In this document: positions 55,011 to 64,000 of the stretch, piece by piece
Numbering within the stretch: position 1 is the stretch's first letter
How the letters are laid out: each line of letters begins with the position of its first letter
Assembly (NCBI GenBank): GCA_963821365.1
Contig: CAWGDT010000026.1
Location: 19,295 to 83,294, forward strand
DNA: 64,000 nt
Origin: an uncultured Actinomycetes bacterium
Lineage (GTDB): Bacteria; Actinomycetota; Thermoleophilia; Gaiellales; Gaiellaceae
Direction: 5' to 3'
Notes under the pieces: generated by a model
Database searches by the model: none
Told to the model about the DNA's origin: nothing
The model's input: the letters and a program-made list of their open reading frames with translations, nothing else
Made by a program: the position numbers and the translations under genes

Positions 55011-56015
55011 TTACGGCAGGCCGGGAACCGAGAGCCGCCCGAGCGCCGCGGCCGCGGTCAGCGCGACCGCGGCGGCCGCGACGAAGAGCGCGGTCACCTC
55101 GGTCGGTCGATCGGCGCGGCCGAGGCGCGAGCCGAGGTTGCGGTAGGCCGACTCGAGCGCCTTGGCCGAGCGCGCGGCGAAGTACTCGCCGCCGGTCGTC
55201 TCGGAGATCGCCCGCAGCGTGGCGCGGTCGGGCACGCGGTTGAAGCCGAAGCCCCCGTACCCCCCGAAGCCCCCGCCCGCGTCCGGCCGATCCGTTCCGA
55301 GCGCCACGGTGAAGACCGGGATCCCCGCCTCCGCCGCGCGCGCGGCCCCCTCCGCCGGGGGAAGCAGCCCGCGGTTCTGACGCCCGTCGGAGAGGAAGAG
55401 GATCGTCACGGCGCCCTTGGCCGTGGTCGGGGTCGTCCGCGCCGCCGGCGACCTGCCCGGCTCGGCGAACGCGTCCCGCGCCAGCTCCACGGCACGCGCC
55501 AGCGCGTCGCCGATCGCGGTGCCGCCGCCGGCCTGCCAGCGCGTGATCGACGCGACCGAGCGACGGAGCCGCGCCCGGTCGTGGGTCGGCGTCGCCGCCA
55601 CGCTCACGTCGCCCGCGAACGTCACGAGCCCGATGCGCAGCTTCGGCGGTGCCCGGTCGAGGAACGCCTGCGCGGCGACCTTCGCGGCACCGAGGCGCGT
55701 CGGCGCGACGTCGCGGGACAGCATCGAGCGGGACGTGTCCACGACGAGGACGACGGTCGCGTTCTCGACCGGCGCGGACCGGTTCACGTGCGGGCCCGCG
55801 ACGCCGATGCAGAGCAGCGCGAGGGCGGCGGCGAACACCGCCGCCGCCGCGTGTCGCCGCGCCCGCGCCGGGCGGGAGGCGACGGCACGGAGCACCTCGA
55901 GATTGGTGTAGCCGACGACGTACCGCGGCCGGCGACGGGACACGACGACGTACGCGCCGGCGAGCGCGGAGAGCGCGACGAGCGAGAGCAGCGCCAGCGG
56001 GCGGTCGAAGCTCAA
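55011..56015 (-). CDS. BatA-like membrane vWA domain protein
   Basis: N-terminal TM (FDRPLALL), MIDAS VDTSRSM, PTRL, GTAIGDAL, LSDG, C-terminal TM. Confidence 0.88.
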   Translation of the reverse strand: MSFDRPLALLSLVALSALAGAYVVVSRRRPRYVVGYTNLEVLRAVASRPARARRHAAAAVFAAALALLCIGVAGPHVNRSAPVENATVVLVVDTSRSMLSRDVAPTRLGAAKVAAQAFLDRAPPKLRIGLVTFAGDVSVAATPTHDRARLRRSVASITRWQAGGGTAIGDALARAVELARDAFAEPGRSPAARTTPTTAKGAVTILFLSDGRQNRGLLPPAEGAARAAEAGIPVFTVALGTDRPDAGGGFGGYGGFGFNRVPDRATLRAISETTGGEYFAARSAKALESAYRNLGSRLGRADRPTEVTALFVAAAAVALTAAAALGRLSVPGLP

Positions 56016-56095
56016 GCGATCCTCCGGTTCGGGACTCGATCGTAGCGTCCGGCACGATCGGCCAGCGAGCCGAGCAGCCCCGATAGGCTCACCGC

Positions 56096-57622
56096 GTGAT
56101 CGTCGAGAACGGCGTGGTGCGGACGATGGACCCGTCGCTGCCGACTGCGGCCGCGCTCGCGATCGCGGGGGAACGCATCGTGGGCGGCGTCGGGACGCAC
56201 GAGAGCGCGCTCCCGACGCCCGAGCGGGCCGACCTGCGCGGACGCTGCGTCGTCCCGGCCTTCACGGACTCCCACGTCCACTTCCCGACCTGGTCGCTCG
56301 CCCGCACCGACGCCCAGCTGGAGGGCGCCGGGTCGCTCGCCGAGGCTCTTGCACGCGTGGATGCGCACCCGGCGCGCGGCGAATGGGTCCGCGGCCACGG
56401 GTGGCGCGACGCCGCCTGGGAGGCGCACCCGTCACGCCAGTCGCTCGACGAGGTGACGGGGGATCGGCCGGCCGCGCTCTGGTCGAAGGACTACCACTCG
56501 CTCTGGCTCAACACCGCCGCGCTCGCCCGTGCCGGCGGCGACCTCGAGGTACGCGGCGGCGTCGTCGAGCGCGACGCGACCGGCGAGCCCACGGGCGTGC
56601 TGCGCGAGGAGTCGGCGTGGCGCTTCCGCGAGAAGCACGTCGCCGTCTCCGAGGACGAATGGGTCGCCGCCACCCGCGAGGGGCTCCGTGTCGCGAACGA
56701 GCGCGGCGTCGCCGCGATCCACGACAAGGACGGCTGGCTCGGGGCACACACGATCTTCGGCCGGATCCACGAGACCGGCGGGCTGACCGTGCGCGTCTGG
56801 CAGTCGCTCCCGGCCGAGCACGCCGGGAGGCTCCGCGAGCTCGGCCTGCGCTCGCGGATCGGCGACGACTTCCTTCGCCTCGGCTACCTGAAGACGTTCA
56901 TGGACGGCACGCTCGGGTCGCAGACCGCGTGGATGCTGGACGGGAGCGGCGTCTGCATCACGAGCGGCGAGGAGCTCGCGGAGCTCGTGCGCGCTGCCGC
57001 GGCGGCGGGATGGCCCGTGGGCGTGCACGCGATCGGCGACCGCGCGAACCGCGAGGCGCTCGACGCGTTCGAGGCGACCCGCGACGTCTGGCAGCCCCTC
57101 GGGCTGCGGCAGCGGATCGAGCACGCGCAGTGTCTCGACCCCGACGACCTCCCGCGCTTCGCGGAGCTCGGCGTCGCCTGCTCCGTGCAGTTCAGCCACG
57201 CGCCGTCGGACCGCGACCTCGCGGAGCGGTTCTGGGGAGACCAGCTCGACGGCACGTATGCGTTCGGGACGCTGCTCCGCAGCGGGGCGGTCGTCGCGAA
57301 CGGCTCGGACGCGCCGGTCGAGGAGCTCGACCCGCTCGCCGGCATCGCCGCCGGTGTGCTGCGCACGATCGACGGGCGCGCGGCCTGGCGCCCCGAGGAG
57401 GCGGTGACCGTCGAGGAGGCGCTCCATGCGACGACCGTGGCGCCCGCCTGGCTCGCAGGCGACGAGCGCCGCCGCGGGAAGCTCCTGCCGGGATTCCTCG
57501 CCGATCTCGTCGTGCTCGACCGTGACCCGGTGACCGTCCCGGCGGACGAGCTCCGAGAGGTGCGCGTGGTCGCGACGATGGTCGGCGGCCGCTGGGTGCA
57601 CAACCCGCCGCCCTGGGACTAG
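56096..57622 (+). CDS. Amidohydrolase 3 (YtcJ-like)
   Basis: DLRGRCVVPAFTDSHVH, DYHSLWLN, TGVLRE, DGTLGSQTA, HAIGDRA, RIEHAQ, GSDAPV, ADLVVLD. Confidence 0.92.
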   Translation: MIVENGVVRTMDPSLPTAAALAIAGERIVGGVGTHESALPTPERADLRGRCVVPAFTDSHVHFPTWSLARTDAQLEGAGSLAEALARVDAHPARGEWVRGHGWRDAAWEAHPSRQSLDEVTGDRPAALWSKDYHSLWLNTAALARAGGDLEVRGGVVERDATGEPTGVLREESAWRFREKHVAVSEDEWVAATREGLRVANERGVAAIHDKDGWLGAHTIFGRIHETGGLTVRVWQSLPAEHAGRLRELGLRSRIGDDFLRLGYLKTFMDGTLGSQTAWMLDGSGVCITSGEELAELVRAAAAAGWPVGVHAIGDRANREALDAFEATRDVWQPLGLRQRIEHAQCLDPDDLPRFAELGVACSVQFSHAPSDRDLAERFWGDQLDGTYAFGTLLRSGAVVANGSDAPVEELDPLAGIAAGVLRTIDGRAAWRPEEAVTVEEALHATTVAPAWLAGDERRRGKLLPGFLADLVVLDRDPVTVPADELREVRVVATMVGGRWVHNPPPWD

Positions 57623-57651
57623 GCACGGCTCTGCGCGGGTAGGGTTCCCGC

Positions 57652-58302
57652 GTGCGCACCGCCTCCGCCGCAGTCGCCGCGCTGGTCGCGTGCGCGCTCC
57701 TCGCCGGTACGGCGTCGGCGGGAGGATCCGCACGTCCCCGCGTGACCCTGTTCGGCGACTCGGTCGCGGCCGCGCTCTCCTATCAGGCAACGGCGCGGAA
57801 GACGCTCGGGAAGGGTCTCGACCTGGAGATCGACGCGAAGGTCTGCCGCCGCCTCGCCGAGACCGGCTGCCCGTACAAGGGCGATCGCCCCCAGAGCGTC
57901 CTCTCGCTCGTGACGCAGCCCGCGCGGCCGCTCGGGAGCGTCGTCGTGATCGACGTCGGCTACAACGACGTGCCCTCCGACTACGGCGCCGACATCGACC
58001 GGGTGATGCAGGCGCTCGTGCGGCAGAACGTCACGACCGTGATCTGGGTGACGATGCAGGAGCGGCGCGTGCTCTACCGGACGACGAATGCCGCGATCCA
58101 CGCGGCCGCCAGGCGCTGGCCCCAGATCCGGGTTGCCGACTGGGACGACGCCAGCGCCGGAAGGCCCAGGTGGTTCGTGGACGACGGGCTCCACCTGACG
58201 TCGGCGGGCGCCGTCGGGCTCGCACAGTTTCTCCGGCCGCTCGTCCTCGCCTGGACGTGCACCGCGCAGTGCCTGCGGCGAATCGCCGAGCCTTCCGATT
58301 GA
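57652..58302 (+). CDS. Secreted SGNH/GDSL-like hydrolase-fold protein
   Basis: Signal peptide, FGDSV (block I), VGYND (block III), DGLH (block V). Confidence 0.75.
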   Translation: MRTASAAVAALVACALLAGTASAGGSARPRVTLFGDSVAAALSYQATARKTLGKGLDLEIDAKVCRRLAETGCPYKGDRPQSVLSLVTQPARPLGSVVVIDVGYNDVPSDYGADIDRVMQALVRQNVTTVIWVTMQERRVLYRTTNAAIHAAARRWPQIRVADWDDASAGRPRWFVDDGLHLTSAGAVGLAQFLRPLVLAWTCTAQCLRRIAEPSD

Positions 58303-58349
58303 GCGTGGCCGCCCTGGAAACGGCGGCAATGGCCCGTACACTTCGTGAC

Positions 58350-58715
58350 ATGGCCACACCCGCCGATACCGCTCGGACGATGCTTCCGGTGCACCAGGCC
58401 GGGCAGTGCTCGGTGGCGGCGACCGGCGAGATCGTCGGGTCGAAGTGGACGGTCCTGATCGTCCACGACCTCTCCGAAGGGCCGCGCCGGTTCACCGCGC
58501 TCGAGCACGCCTGTGCAGGCATCAGCCCGAGGACGCTCGCCGAGCGGCTGCGCTGGCTCGAGGCGGAGGGCATCGTCGTCCGCCGCAGCTACGCCGAGTC
58601 GCCGCCTCGCGTGGAGTACGAGCTGACGCAGAAGGGCGAGGCGCTGAAGCCGATCATCGACGAGATGCGCCGCTTCGGCCACGACTGGCTCGGCTGCCCG
58701 GTGCACCCGGACTGA
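58350..58715 (+). CDS. HxlR-family transcriptional regulator
   Basis: CSVAATGEIVGSKWTVLIV...RRFTAL...ISPRTLAERL...SPPRVEYELT. Confidence 0.92.
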   Translation: MATPADTARTMLPVHQAGQCSVAATGEIVGSKWTVLIVHDLSEGPRRFTALEHACAGISPRTLAERLRWLEAEGIVVRRSYAESPPRVEYELTQKGEALKPIIDEMRRFGHDWLGCPVHPD

Positions 58716-58727
58716 CGGCCGCCGGGG

Positions 58728-60024
58728 TCAGGCACCTGTCGGTGCCGGCTCCCGAGCGCCCCACAGGCGCACCAACTCGACGCACGTCGCCGCCGCGGCG
58801 GCCATGTCCTGGACGGACGCCCACTCGCGCACCGAGTGGTAGTGCTGCCCGCCGGTGAAGAGGTTCGGGGTGGGAAGGCCCTTCTCGGTCAGCCGTGCGC
58901 CGTCGGTGCCGCCGCGGATGATGCTGTGGACGGGCTCCACCCCGGCGCGGCGGATCGCCTCCTCGGCGGCCTCGATGATCTCCGGATGCCGGTCGAGGGC
59001 CGTTCGCATGTTCCGGTACTGCTCCTCGACCGCGAGCTCGAACGAGGCGCGCGGGTCGCGACCGACGACCTCCGCCGCGATCGCGCGGACGAGCGCGACG
59101 TGCTCCTCGAGCTTCGCGTCGTCGTGGTCGCGCGCGATGAGCCAGAGCGTCGCCCGCGACGCGGTGCCCGTGAGCCGCTCGGGGTGGACGTAGCCCTCGC
59201 GGTCCTCCGTCGTCTCCGGCGACAGGCCCTCGCGCGGCAGCGCGGCGATCACGTCCGCCAGCAGCTTGAGGGCGTTCACCAGCCGTCCCTTCGCCGTCCC
59301 GGGATGGACGCCGACGCCGTCGACCGTGAGGACGAGCTGGTACGCGGAGAAGGTCTCCGTCTCGACCTCCCCGAGCCCGGAGCCGTCGAACGTGTACGCG
59401 AGGTCGGCGCCGAACGCGGCGAGGTCGAAGTGATCGGTGCCGCGCCCGACCTCCTCGTCGACGGTGAACGCGATCCGCGCCGTCGCCCTCGGCCCGATCC
59501 TCCGCGAGGAGCCGCCGCGCCGCCGCGACGATGATCGCGACTCCGGCCTTGTCGTCGGCGCCGAGAAGCGTCGTGCCGTCGCTCGTCACGAGGTCGTGGC
59601 CGAGCTTGTCCGCGAGGCTCGGCATGTCCGCGGGGTCGAGCACCTGCGCGGTGTCGCCCGGGAGCACGATCGGCTCCCCCGCCCAGGCACGGTGGAGGAT
59701 CGGCGCGACGCCCTGCCCCGGGGCGGCGGGCGACGTGTCGACGTGTGCGATCAGCCCGACGGTCGGCGCATGCGCGACCGTGCCCGGCACGGTCGCGAAG
59801 ACGTACCCCGGCTCGGTCAGCTCGACGTCGTCGAGGCCGATCTCTCGGAGCTCCTCGACGAGCAGGCGCGAGAGATCGAGCTGCCTGGCGGTCGACGGGT
59901 ACGTCGTCGACGTGGGATCGGCCTGCGTGTCCACCGCGACGTAGCGCAGGAAGCGCTCGAGGACCTCGTCGGCGAGCTCCTCCGCGAGGACGCCCGCGTA
60001 GCGGGCGTCAGCCAAGTTGGCCAA
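58728..60024 (-). CDS. pepT: Peptidase T (apparent +1 frameshift near 59493)
   Basis: ERFLRYVAVDTQ, IAHVDTS, TTLLGADDKAG, then across the shift RIAFTVDEEVG...ETFSA...GVHPGTAKG...EGYVH, IRGGTDG, PNLFTGG. Confidence 0.9.
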
Positions 60025-61342
60025 GTCGCCGCAGCAGCTCGGCGGTCGCCTCGAGGCCCTCGCGGAGCGCCGAGGCCGGGATGTGCTCGTTCGGCGAGTG
60101 CATCTGCGCCGTCGGCCGGGCGAACCCCGTCACGATCGCGGGAAGACCACGGGCGACGAGCGACGCGACCACGGGGATCGAGCCGCCCGAGCGGACGAGC
60201 ACCGGCCGCGCGCCGAGGACGTGCTCGAACGCATCCTGCGCCAGCACGACGGCCCGCGCCCCGGGATCGACGTACCCGGGCTCGCCCGTCGACCAGAGCT
60301 CGACGTCGACGGTCGCGCCCTCGGGCGCGGCGTCACGCAGCAGCCGCTCGAACACCGGTGCCATCGCCGCGGTCGTCTGTCCGGGTGCCAGCCGCATCGA
60401 GACGTTTGCCCGCGCCTCGACCGGCAGGACGGTCTTCTGGAGACGCGGCGAGCCGCCTTCGATGCCGTTGACGGTGACGGACGGCTCGGCCGTCGTCCGC
60501 AGCCTGAACTCCTCGGCGGCGCGCGTGTCGTTCGGGCGGGCGCCGTCGGCGGCGAGCTCCTCGGCGCCCGGCGGGAGCACGCCCCAGCCCGCGAGCTCCT
60601 CCTCGGTCGGGGGCACGATCCCTGCGCGGAGCGCCTCGGGCAGGCGGCCGTCCGGCCCCGAGACGACGGCGGCGAGCATCTGCATCAGCGCGTGCGTCGC
60701 GGTGAGCGCCGCGCCGCCGTAGACACCCGAATGAAGGTCGCGCTCGCCCGTGCGGACGGTCACGTGGAAGTAGCACATGCCGCGGAGCGCGGTGCAGAAC
60801 GACGGCAGGGTCTCGGTCGCGTAGCCGCCGTCGAGGATCACCGCCACGTCGCCGGGATGGGCGTCCTCGTTCACCCAGTCGATGACCGAGTGCCCGCCGA
60901 CCTCCTCCTCCGCGTCGATCGCGAAGCGCACGGTCACCGGCAGCTCGCCGGCGGCGGCGAGCAGCCGCGTCGCCTCGAGCGCCATGAAGAGGTGTGCCTT
61001 GTCGTCGGCGACGCCGCGAGCGACGAGCCAGCCGTTCCGCTCGGTGAGCGTCCAGGGGTCCGATTCCCAGAGCTCGAGCGGGTCGGGCGGCTGGACGTCG
61101 AGGTGCGCGTAGACGAGCACGGTGGGCGCTCCGGAGCCGGCCGACGCGGGAACCTCGCCGACCACGAGCGGCCGCTCGCCGCGTTCCTGGATCTCGACCG
61201 TGCCTCCCGCCGCGCGGATCCGCTCGGCGACCCAGCCCGCCGCACGGCGAACGTCGTCTGCGTGCGCCGGGTCGGCGCTCACCGACGGGATCGCGATCAG
61301 CTCGGCGAGCTCCGCGACCAGCTCCTCGTGCGGGGGGATCAC
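60008..61342 (-). CDS. M20 family dipeptidase
   Basis: IPSVSAD, YAHLDVQPPDP, ARGVADDKA, EEEVG, LHSGVYGG, GGSIPVV, HSPNE. Confidence 0.92.
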   Translation of the reverse strand: MIPPHEELVAELAELIAIPSVSADPAHADDVRRAAGWVAERIRAAGGTVEIQERGERPLVVGEVPASAGSGAPTVLVYAHLDVQPPDPLELWESDPWTLTERNGWLVARGVADDKAHLFMALEATRLLAAAGELPVTVRFAIDAEEEVGGHSVIDWVNEDAHPGDVAVILDGGYATETLPSFCTALRGMCYFHVTVRTGERDLHSGVYGGAALTATHALMQMLAAVVSGPDGRLPEALRAGIVPPTEEELAGWGVLPPGAEELAADGARPNDTRAAEEFRLRTTAEPSVTVNGIEGGSPRLQKTVLPVEARANVSMRLAPGQTTAAMAPVFERLLRDAAPEGATVDVELWSTGEPGYVDPGARAVVLAQDAFEHVLGARPVLVRSGGSIPVVASLVARGLPAIVTGFARPTAQMHSPNEHIPASALREGLEATAELLRRLGQLG

Positions 61343-61381
61343 GCGGGCGATCGTACCCGCGGGGCGGCGACGGGATCGCGC

Positions 61382-62518
61382 TTACGCGACGTCGCGGACG
61401 GCGGCCGCGTCGGCGAGCGCACGGAGCTTCTTGAGGCTCTGGTGCTCGATCTGGCGGATCCGCTCGCGCGTGACGTTGAACGCGCGCCCGACCTCGTCGA
61501 GCGTGCGCGGCTGCTGGCCGTCGAGCCCGTAGCGGAGCTCGAGCACCTGCCGCTCGCGCGGCGAGAGCGCGCCGAGGATCGAGCGCAGAGCCTCACGGCG
61601 CATCGTCACCTCGGCCGCCTCGTCGGGAAGCGGCTCGGACTCGTCGGTGAGGAAGTGGCCGAACTCGGACTCCTCCTCGTCGCCGACCGGCTTCTCGAGC
61701 GATACCGGCGTTTGCGCGCTGCGCTTGATCTGCTCGACCTCCTCGACCGGCAGGTCGAGGTCGGCGGCGATCTCCAGCGCCGTCGGCTCGCGTGCGAGCT
61801 CGGCGCGGAGCTTGCGCTCCGAGCGGCTGATCTTGTTGAGCTTCTCGACGACGTGCACCGGCATGCGGATCGTCCGGCCCTTGTCGGCGATCGCGCGCGC
61901 GACGGCCTGCCGGATCCACCATGTCGCATAGGTCGAGAACTTGAACCCCTTGCGCCAGTCGAACTTCTCTGCCGCGCGGACGAGCCCGATCGTGCCCTCC
62001 TGGATCAGGTCGAGGAACGGCAGCCCCTGGTTTCGGTAGCGCTTCGCGATCGAGACGACCAGGCGGAGGTTCGCCTCCACCATTGCCTGCTTCGCGGAGT
62101 GGTCGCCGGCCTCGATCCGCTTCGCGAGCTCGACCTCCTGCGCCGCGGTGAGGAGCGGCACCTTGCCGATGTCCTTGAGGAAGAGCTGCAGCGTGTCGGT
62201 CGAGATCTCCGGCTCGGCCGCCTCCCACGCGCGCTCGCTCTCCGCCTCGGCGGCGTCCGGGGCGACGACCTCGATCTGCTCCTCGTCGAGCGCGTCGTAG
62301 AACGCATCGATCTGCGCCGCGTCGAGGTCGAGCTCGTCGAGCGCGAGCGCGACCTCGTCCGCGTCGAGGCGCCCCTGCACGCGTCCCGACTCGAGCAGGG
62401 CGCGTCCCTCGTCGGTGACCAGCACGACGTCGGGCGCCGCCGCCGCCGGCCGTTCGCGTTCGTTGCCTGCTGCGCTCAGGACCGCCCCTTCCGTCGCGTC
62501 GCTCGATACGGTAGCCAC
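61382..62518 (-). CDS. RpoD/SigA-family sigma-70 factor with region 1.1
   Basis: [83 protein letters not shown]. Confidence 0.93.
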   Translation of the reverse strand: MATVSSDATEGAVLSAAGNERERPAAAAPDVVLVTDEGRALLESGRVQGRLDADEVALALDELDLDAAQIDAFYDALDEEQIEVVAPDAAEAESERAWEAAEPEISTDTLQLFLKDIGKVPLLTAAQEVELAKRIEAGDHSAKQAMVEANLRLVVSIAKRYRNQGLPFLDLIQEGTIGLVRAAEKFDWRKGFKFSTYATWWIRQAVARAIADKGRTIRMPVHVVEKLNKISRSERKLRAELAREPTALEIAADLDLPVEEVEQIKRSAQTPVSLEKPVGDEEESEFGHFLTDESEPLPDEAAEVTMRREALRSILGALSPRERQVLELRYGLDGQQPRTLDEVGRAFNVTRERIRQIEHQSLKKLRALADAAAVRDVA

Positions 62519-62552
62519 GAAGTCTCCGCTCCGTCAAAAATCCGCGCCGGCA

Positions 62553-63518
62553 TCAGACACCCGCCTTGTCGAGCGTGTCGAGGTACTTCCGCGCCTCCTG
62601 GGCGAGCGGCGACCCCGGCTCGACGGTCGTCGCGCGCACGAGCTGCGTCCGCGCCTCCTTCACCTCGCCCGACCAGAGGAGAAGCAGGCCGAGGTGGAAC
62701 CGCACCGTCGCCTTGTCCGGAAAGCGTCGCGTGAGCGGGCCGAGGCGCGAGAACGCGTCCGCCGGCCGCGCCTTGTCGAAGCGGCCGACGGCGGCGGCGA
62801 CCTGCGCCTCGGCGTCCGCCGGCGCCTCGCGCGCGGCCCGCGCGAAGACGCGCTCCGCCGACCGCTGCATCCCGAGCCGCTGCAGGGCGACGCCGTACAG
62901 GAGCTTCCCCTCGACCGTCCCGTCCGCGCCCCGGCGCAGCAGGTCGAGCTGCTGCGCGGGCGGCAGGCCCTCGAGCGCGCCCGGCAGCGGCGCGGTCGTC
63001 ACGAAGACCGGGAGGCCCTTCGCGTACTCGGGATGGAGCAGGTTGCCTGCGACGACCGCGTAGGCGGTGTCGGGCTCCGAGGCCGCCGCGGCACGCCAGG
63101 CCTCCTGCGCGCCCGGGAGGCCCGACCAGAAGAGCGCGACGCCGAGGTTGAGCTGCACGACGGCGTCCTGCGCGTGGAGGCCGGCAAGCCGGTTCATGCG
63201 GTCGACGGTGCCCTTCGGCCAGGACGCGAACGCCTGGCCGACGCGGCCCTCGACGGAGTCGATCCCCGCGAACGCCCGTGCCGCCTCGACCCGCTTGCCG
63301 GCCGCGTAGAGCCGCTCGGCGCGGCGCAGAGCGACCGCTTGCGGGTCGACCCGCACCCCGAGCTCGAACGTCAAGGGCGGTGCCCCCTTGCGGGCCTTCG
63401 GCGCCGGCGCGGCGCTCTCGACCGGATCGGTCTGGAGTGCGACGACTCCGACGACGAGCGCCACCGCGGCGACTGCGGCCGCGGCGGTGACGGCAACGAC
63501 CCGGGCGAACGGCGACAC
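62553..63518 (-). CDS. Membrane-anchored TPR-like protein
   Basis: N-terminal TM followed by Ala-rich paired helices (LNLGVALFW, YGVALQRLG, FHLGLLL). Confidence 0.75.
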   Translation of the reverse strand: MSPFARVVAVTAAAAVAAVALVVGVVALQTDPVESAAPAPKARKGAPPLTFELGVRVDPQAVALRRAERLYAAGKRVEAARAFAGIDSVEGRVGQAFASWPKGTVDRMNRLAGLHAQDAVVQLNLGVALFWSGLPGAQEAWRAAAASEPDTAYAVVAGNLLHPEYAKGLPVFVTTAPLPGALEGLPPAQQLDLLRRGADGTVEGKLLYGVALQRLGMQRSAERVFARAAREAPADAEAQVAAAVGRFDKARPADAFSRLGPLTRRFPDKATVRFHLGLLLLWSGEVKEARTQLVRATTVEPGSPLAQEARKYLDTLDKAGV

Positions 63519-63663
63519 GGCGCCACGGTAGCCGCGCGCTGCGCGGTGCGGGTCACGCGCGGATCCCGTCTCCCCTCGCGAGCTGCCATCACCATTCCGG
63601 ACGGACGGCCGGCCCGCGGTCTTCCACGCGCCCGACCTGCATACCGCTATATTCGGGAAAGTA

Positions 63664-64000
63664 ATGCCGACCTATCGCGAGCTCCTCGCCGCCGCACGCG
63701 CCGAGATCGACGAGATCTCGACGCCCGAGGCACGTGCGCTGCTCGACCGCGACGGCGGCGACGCTCCGCTCTTCGTCGACGTCCGCCCGCGCGACGAGTG
63801 GGACGAGGGCCATCTTCCCGGCGCGCTGCATCTGCCGCGGAACAATCTCGAGTCGCGGGTCGAGACCCTGATCACGGACAAGTCGCGCCCGCTCGTCGTG
63901 TACTGCCAGAGCGGCACACGCTCCGCCTTCGCGACGAAGACCCTCCACGAGCTCGGCTACGAGAACGCGATCAACCTCTCCGACGGGTTCGCCGGCTGGA
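63664..64000 (+). CDS. Rhodanese-domain protein, probably the N-terminus of a rhodanese-MoeB/ThiF fusion (runs off the edge)
   Basis: Hand translation: MPTYRELLAAARAEIDE...VDVRPRDEWDEGHLPGALHLPR...VVYCQSGTRS...LSDGFAGW. Not in the ORF track. The MoeB part would lie outside the window. Confidence 0.8.
   Translation, partial: MPTYRELLAAARAEIDEISTPEARALLDRDGGDAPLFVDVRPRDEWDEGHLPGALHLPRNNLESRVETLITDKSRPLVVYCQSGTRSAFATKTLHELGYENAINLSDGFAGW

Noticed and set aside
55011-56015. vWA gene as part of a MoxR/DUF58/vWA chaperone operon
   Set aside because: No MoxR or DUF58 gene is adjacent. Orphan paralogues are common, so it is not treated as a system.
1-64000. tRNA, rRNA, IS/transposase, integrase, prophage or cas genes; programmed ribosomal frameshifting
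   Set aside because: None recognised on either strand. Frameshift sites lack slippery heptamers and are scattered across unrelated genes.

Overview
Very GC-rich actinobacterial chromosome segment. Gene style and content suggest Thermoleophilia/Gaiellales-like; this is inference. About 70 coding regions are supported, and most of the long ORFs in the supplied track are antisense or off-frame shadows. No rRNA, tRNA, CRISPR array, transposase or integrase was recognised. Housekeeping genes include glpK, ftsZ with an upstream ParA-type ATPase, lhr, nei, recX, pepT, an M20 dipeptidase, an acyl-CoA dehydrogenase, an RpoD-family sigma and a rhodanese/MoeB start. Accessory modules are: (i) ECF sigma, soluble HTH partner, vWA, AbrB and ARPP-1/DUF6569; (ii) a stand-alone Anbu protease; (iii) two secreted repeat proteins, one Q/N/S-rich and amyloid-like, apparently co-transcribed with a SigB/SigF-type sigma; (iv) a ParA-FtsZ pair in which FtsZ appears to carry a long N-terminal extension starting with a ParA-partner-like peptide; (v) a two-component-linked operon of ApbE, a haem-b membrane protein, ferredoxin, ferredoxin reductase and three small membrane proteins, followed by a ZIP/ferric reductase/TMEM175 block; (vi) a VapBC toxin-antitoxin pair; (vii) REP-like palindromes. 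About ten genes carry apparent single-base frameshifts, most likely long-read indel errors, so several calls are reconstructed across frames. Many genes look leaderless, with TANNNT 5-7 nt before the start codon.
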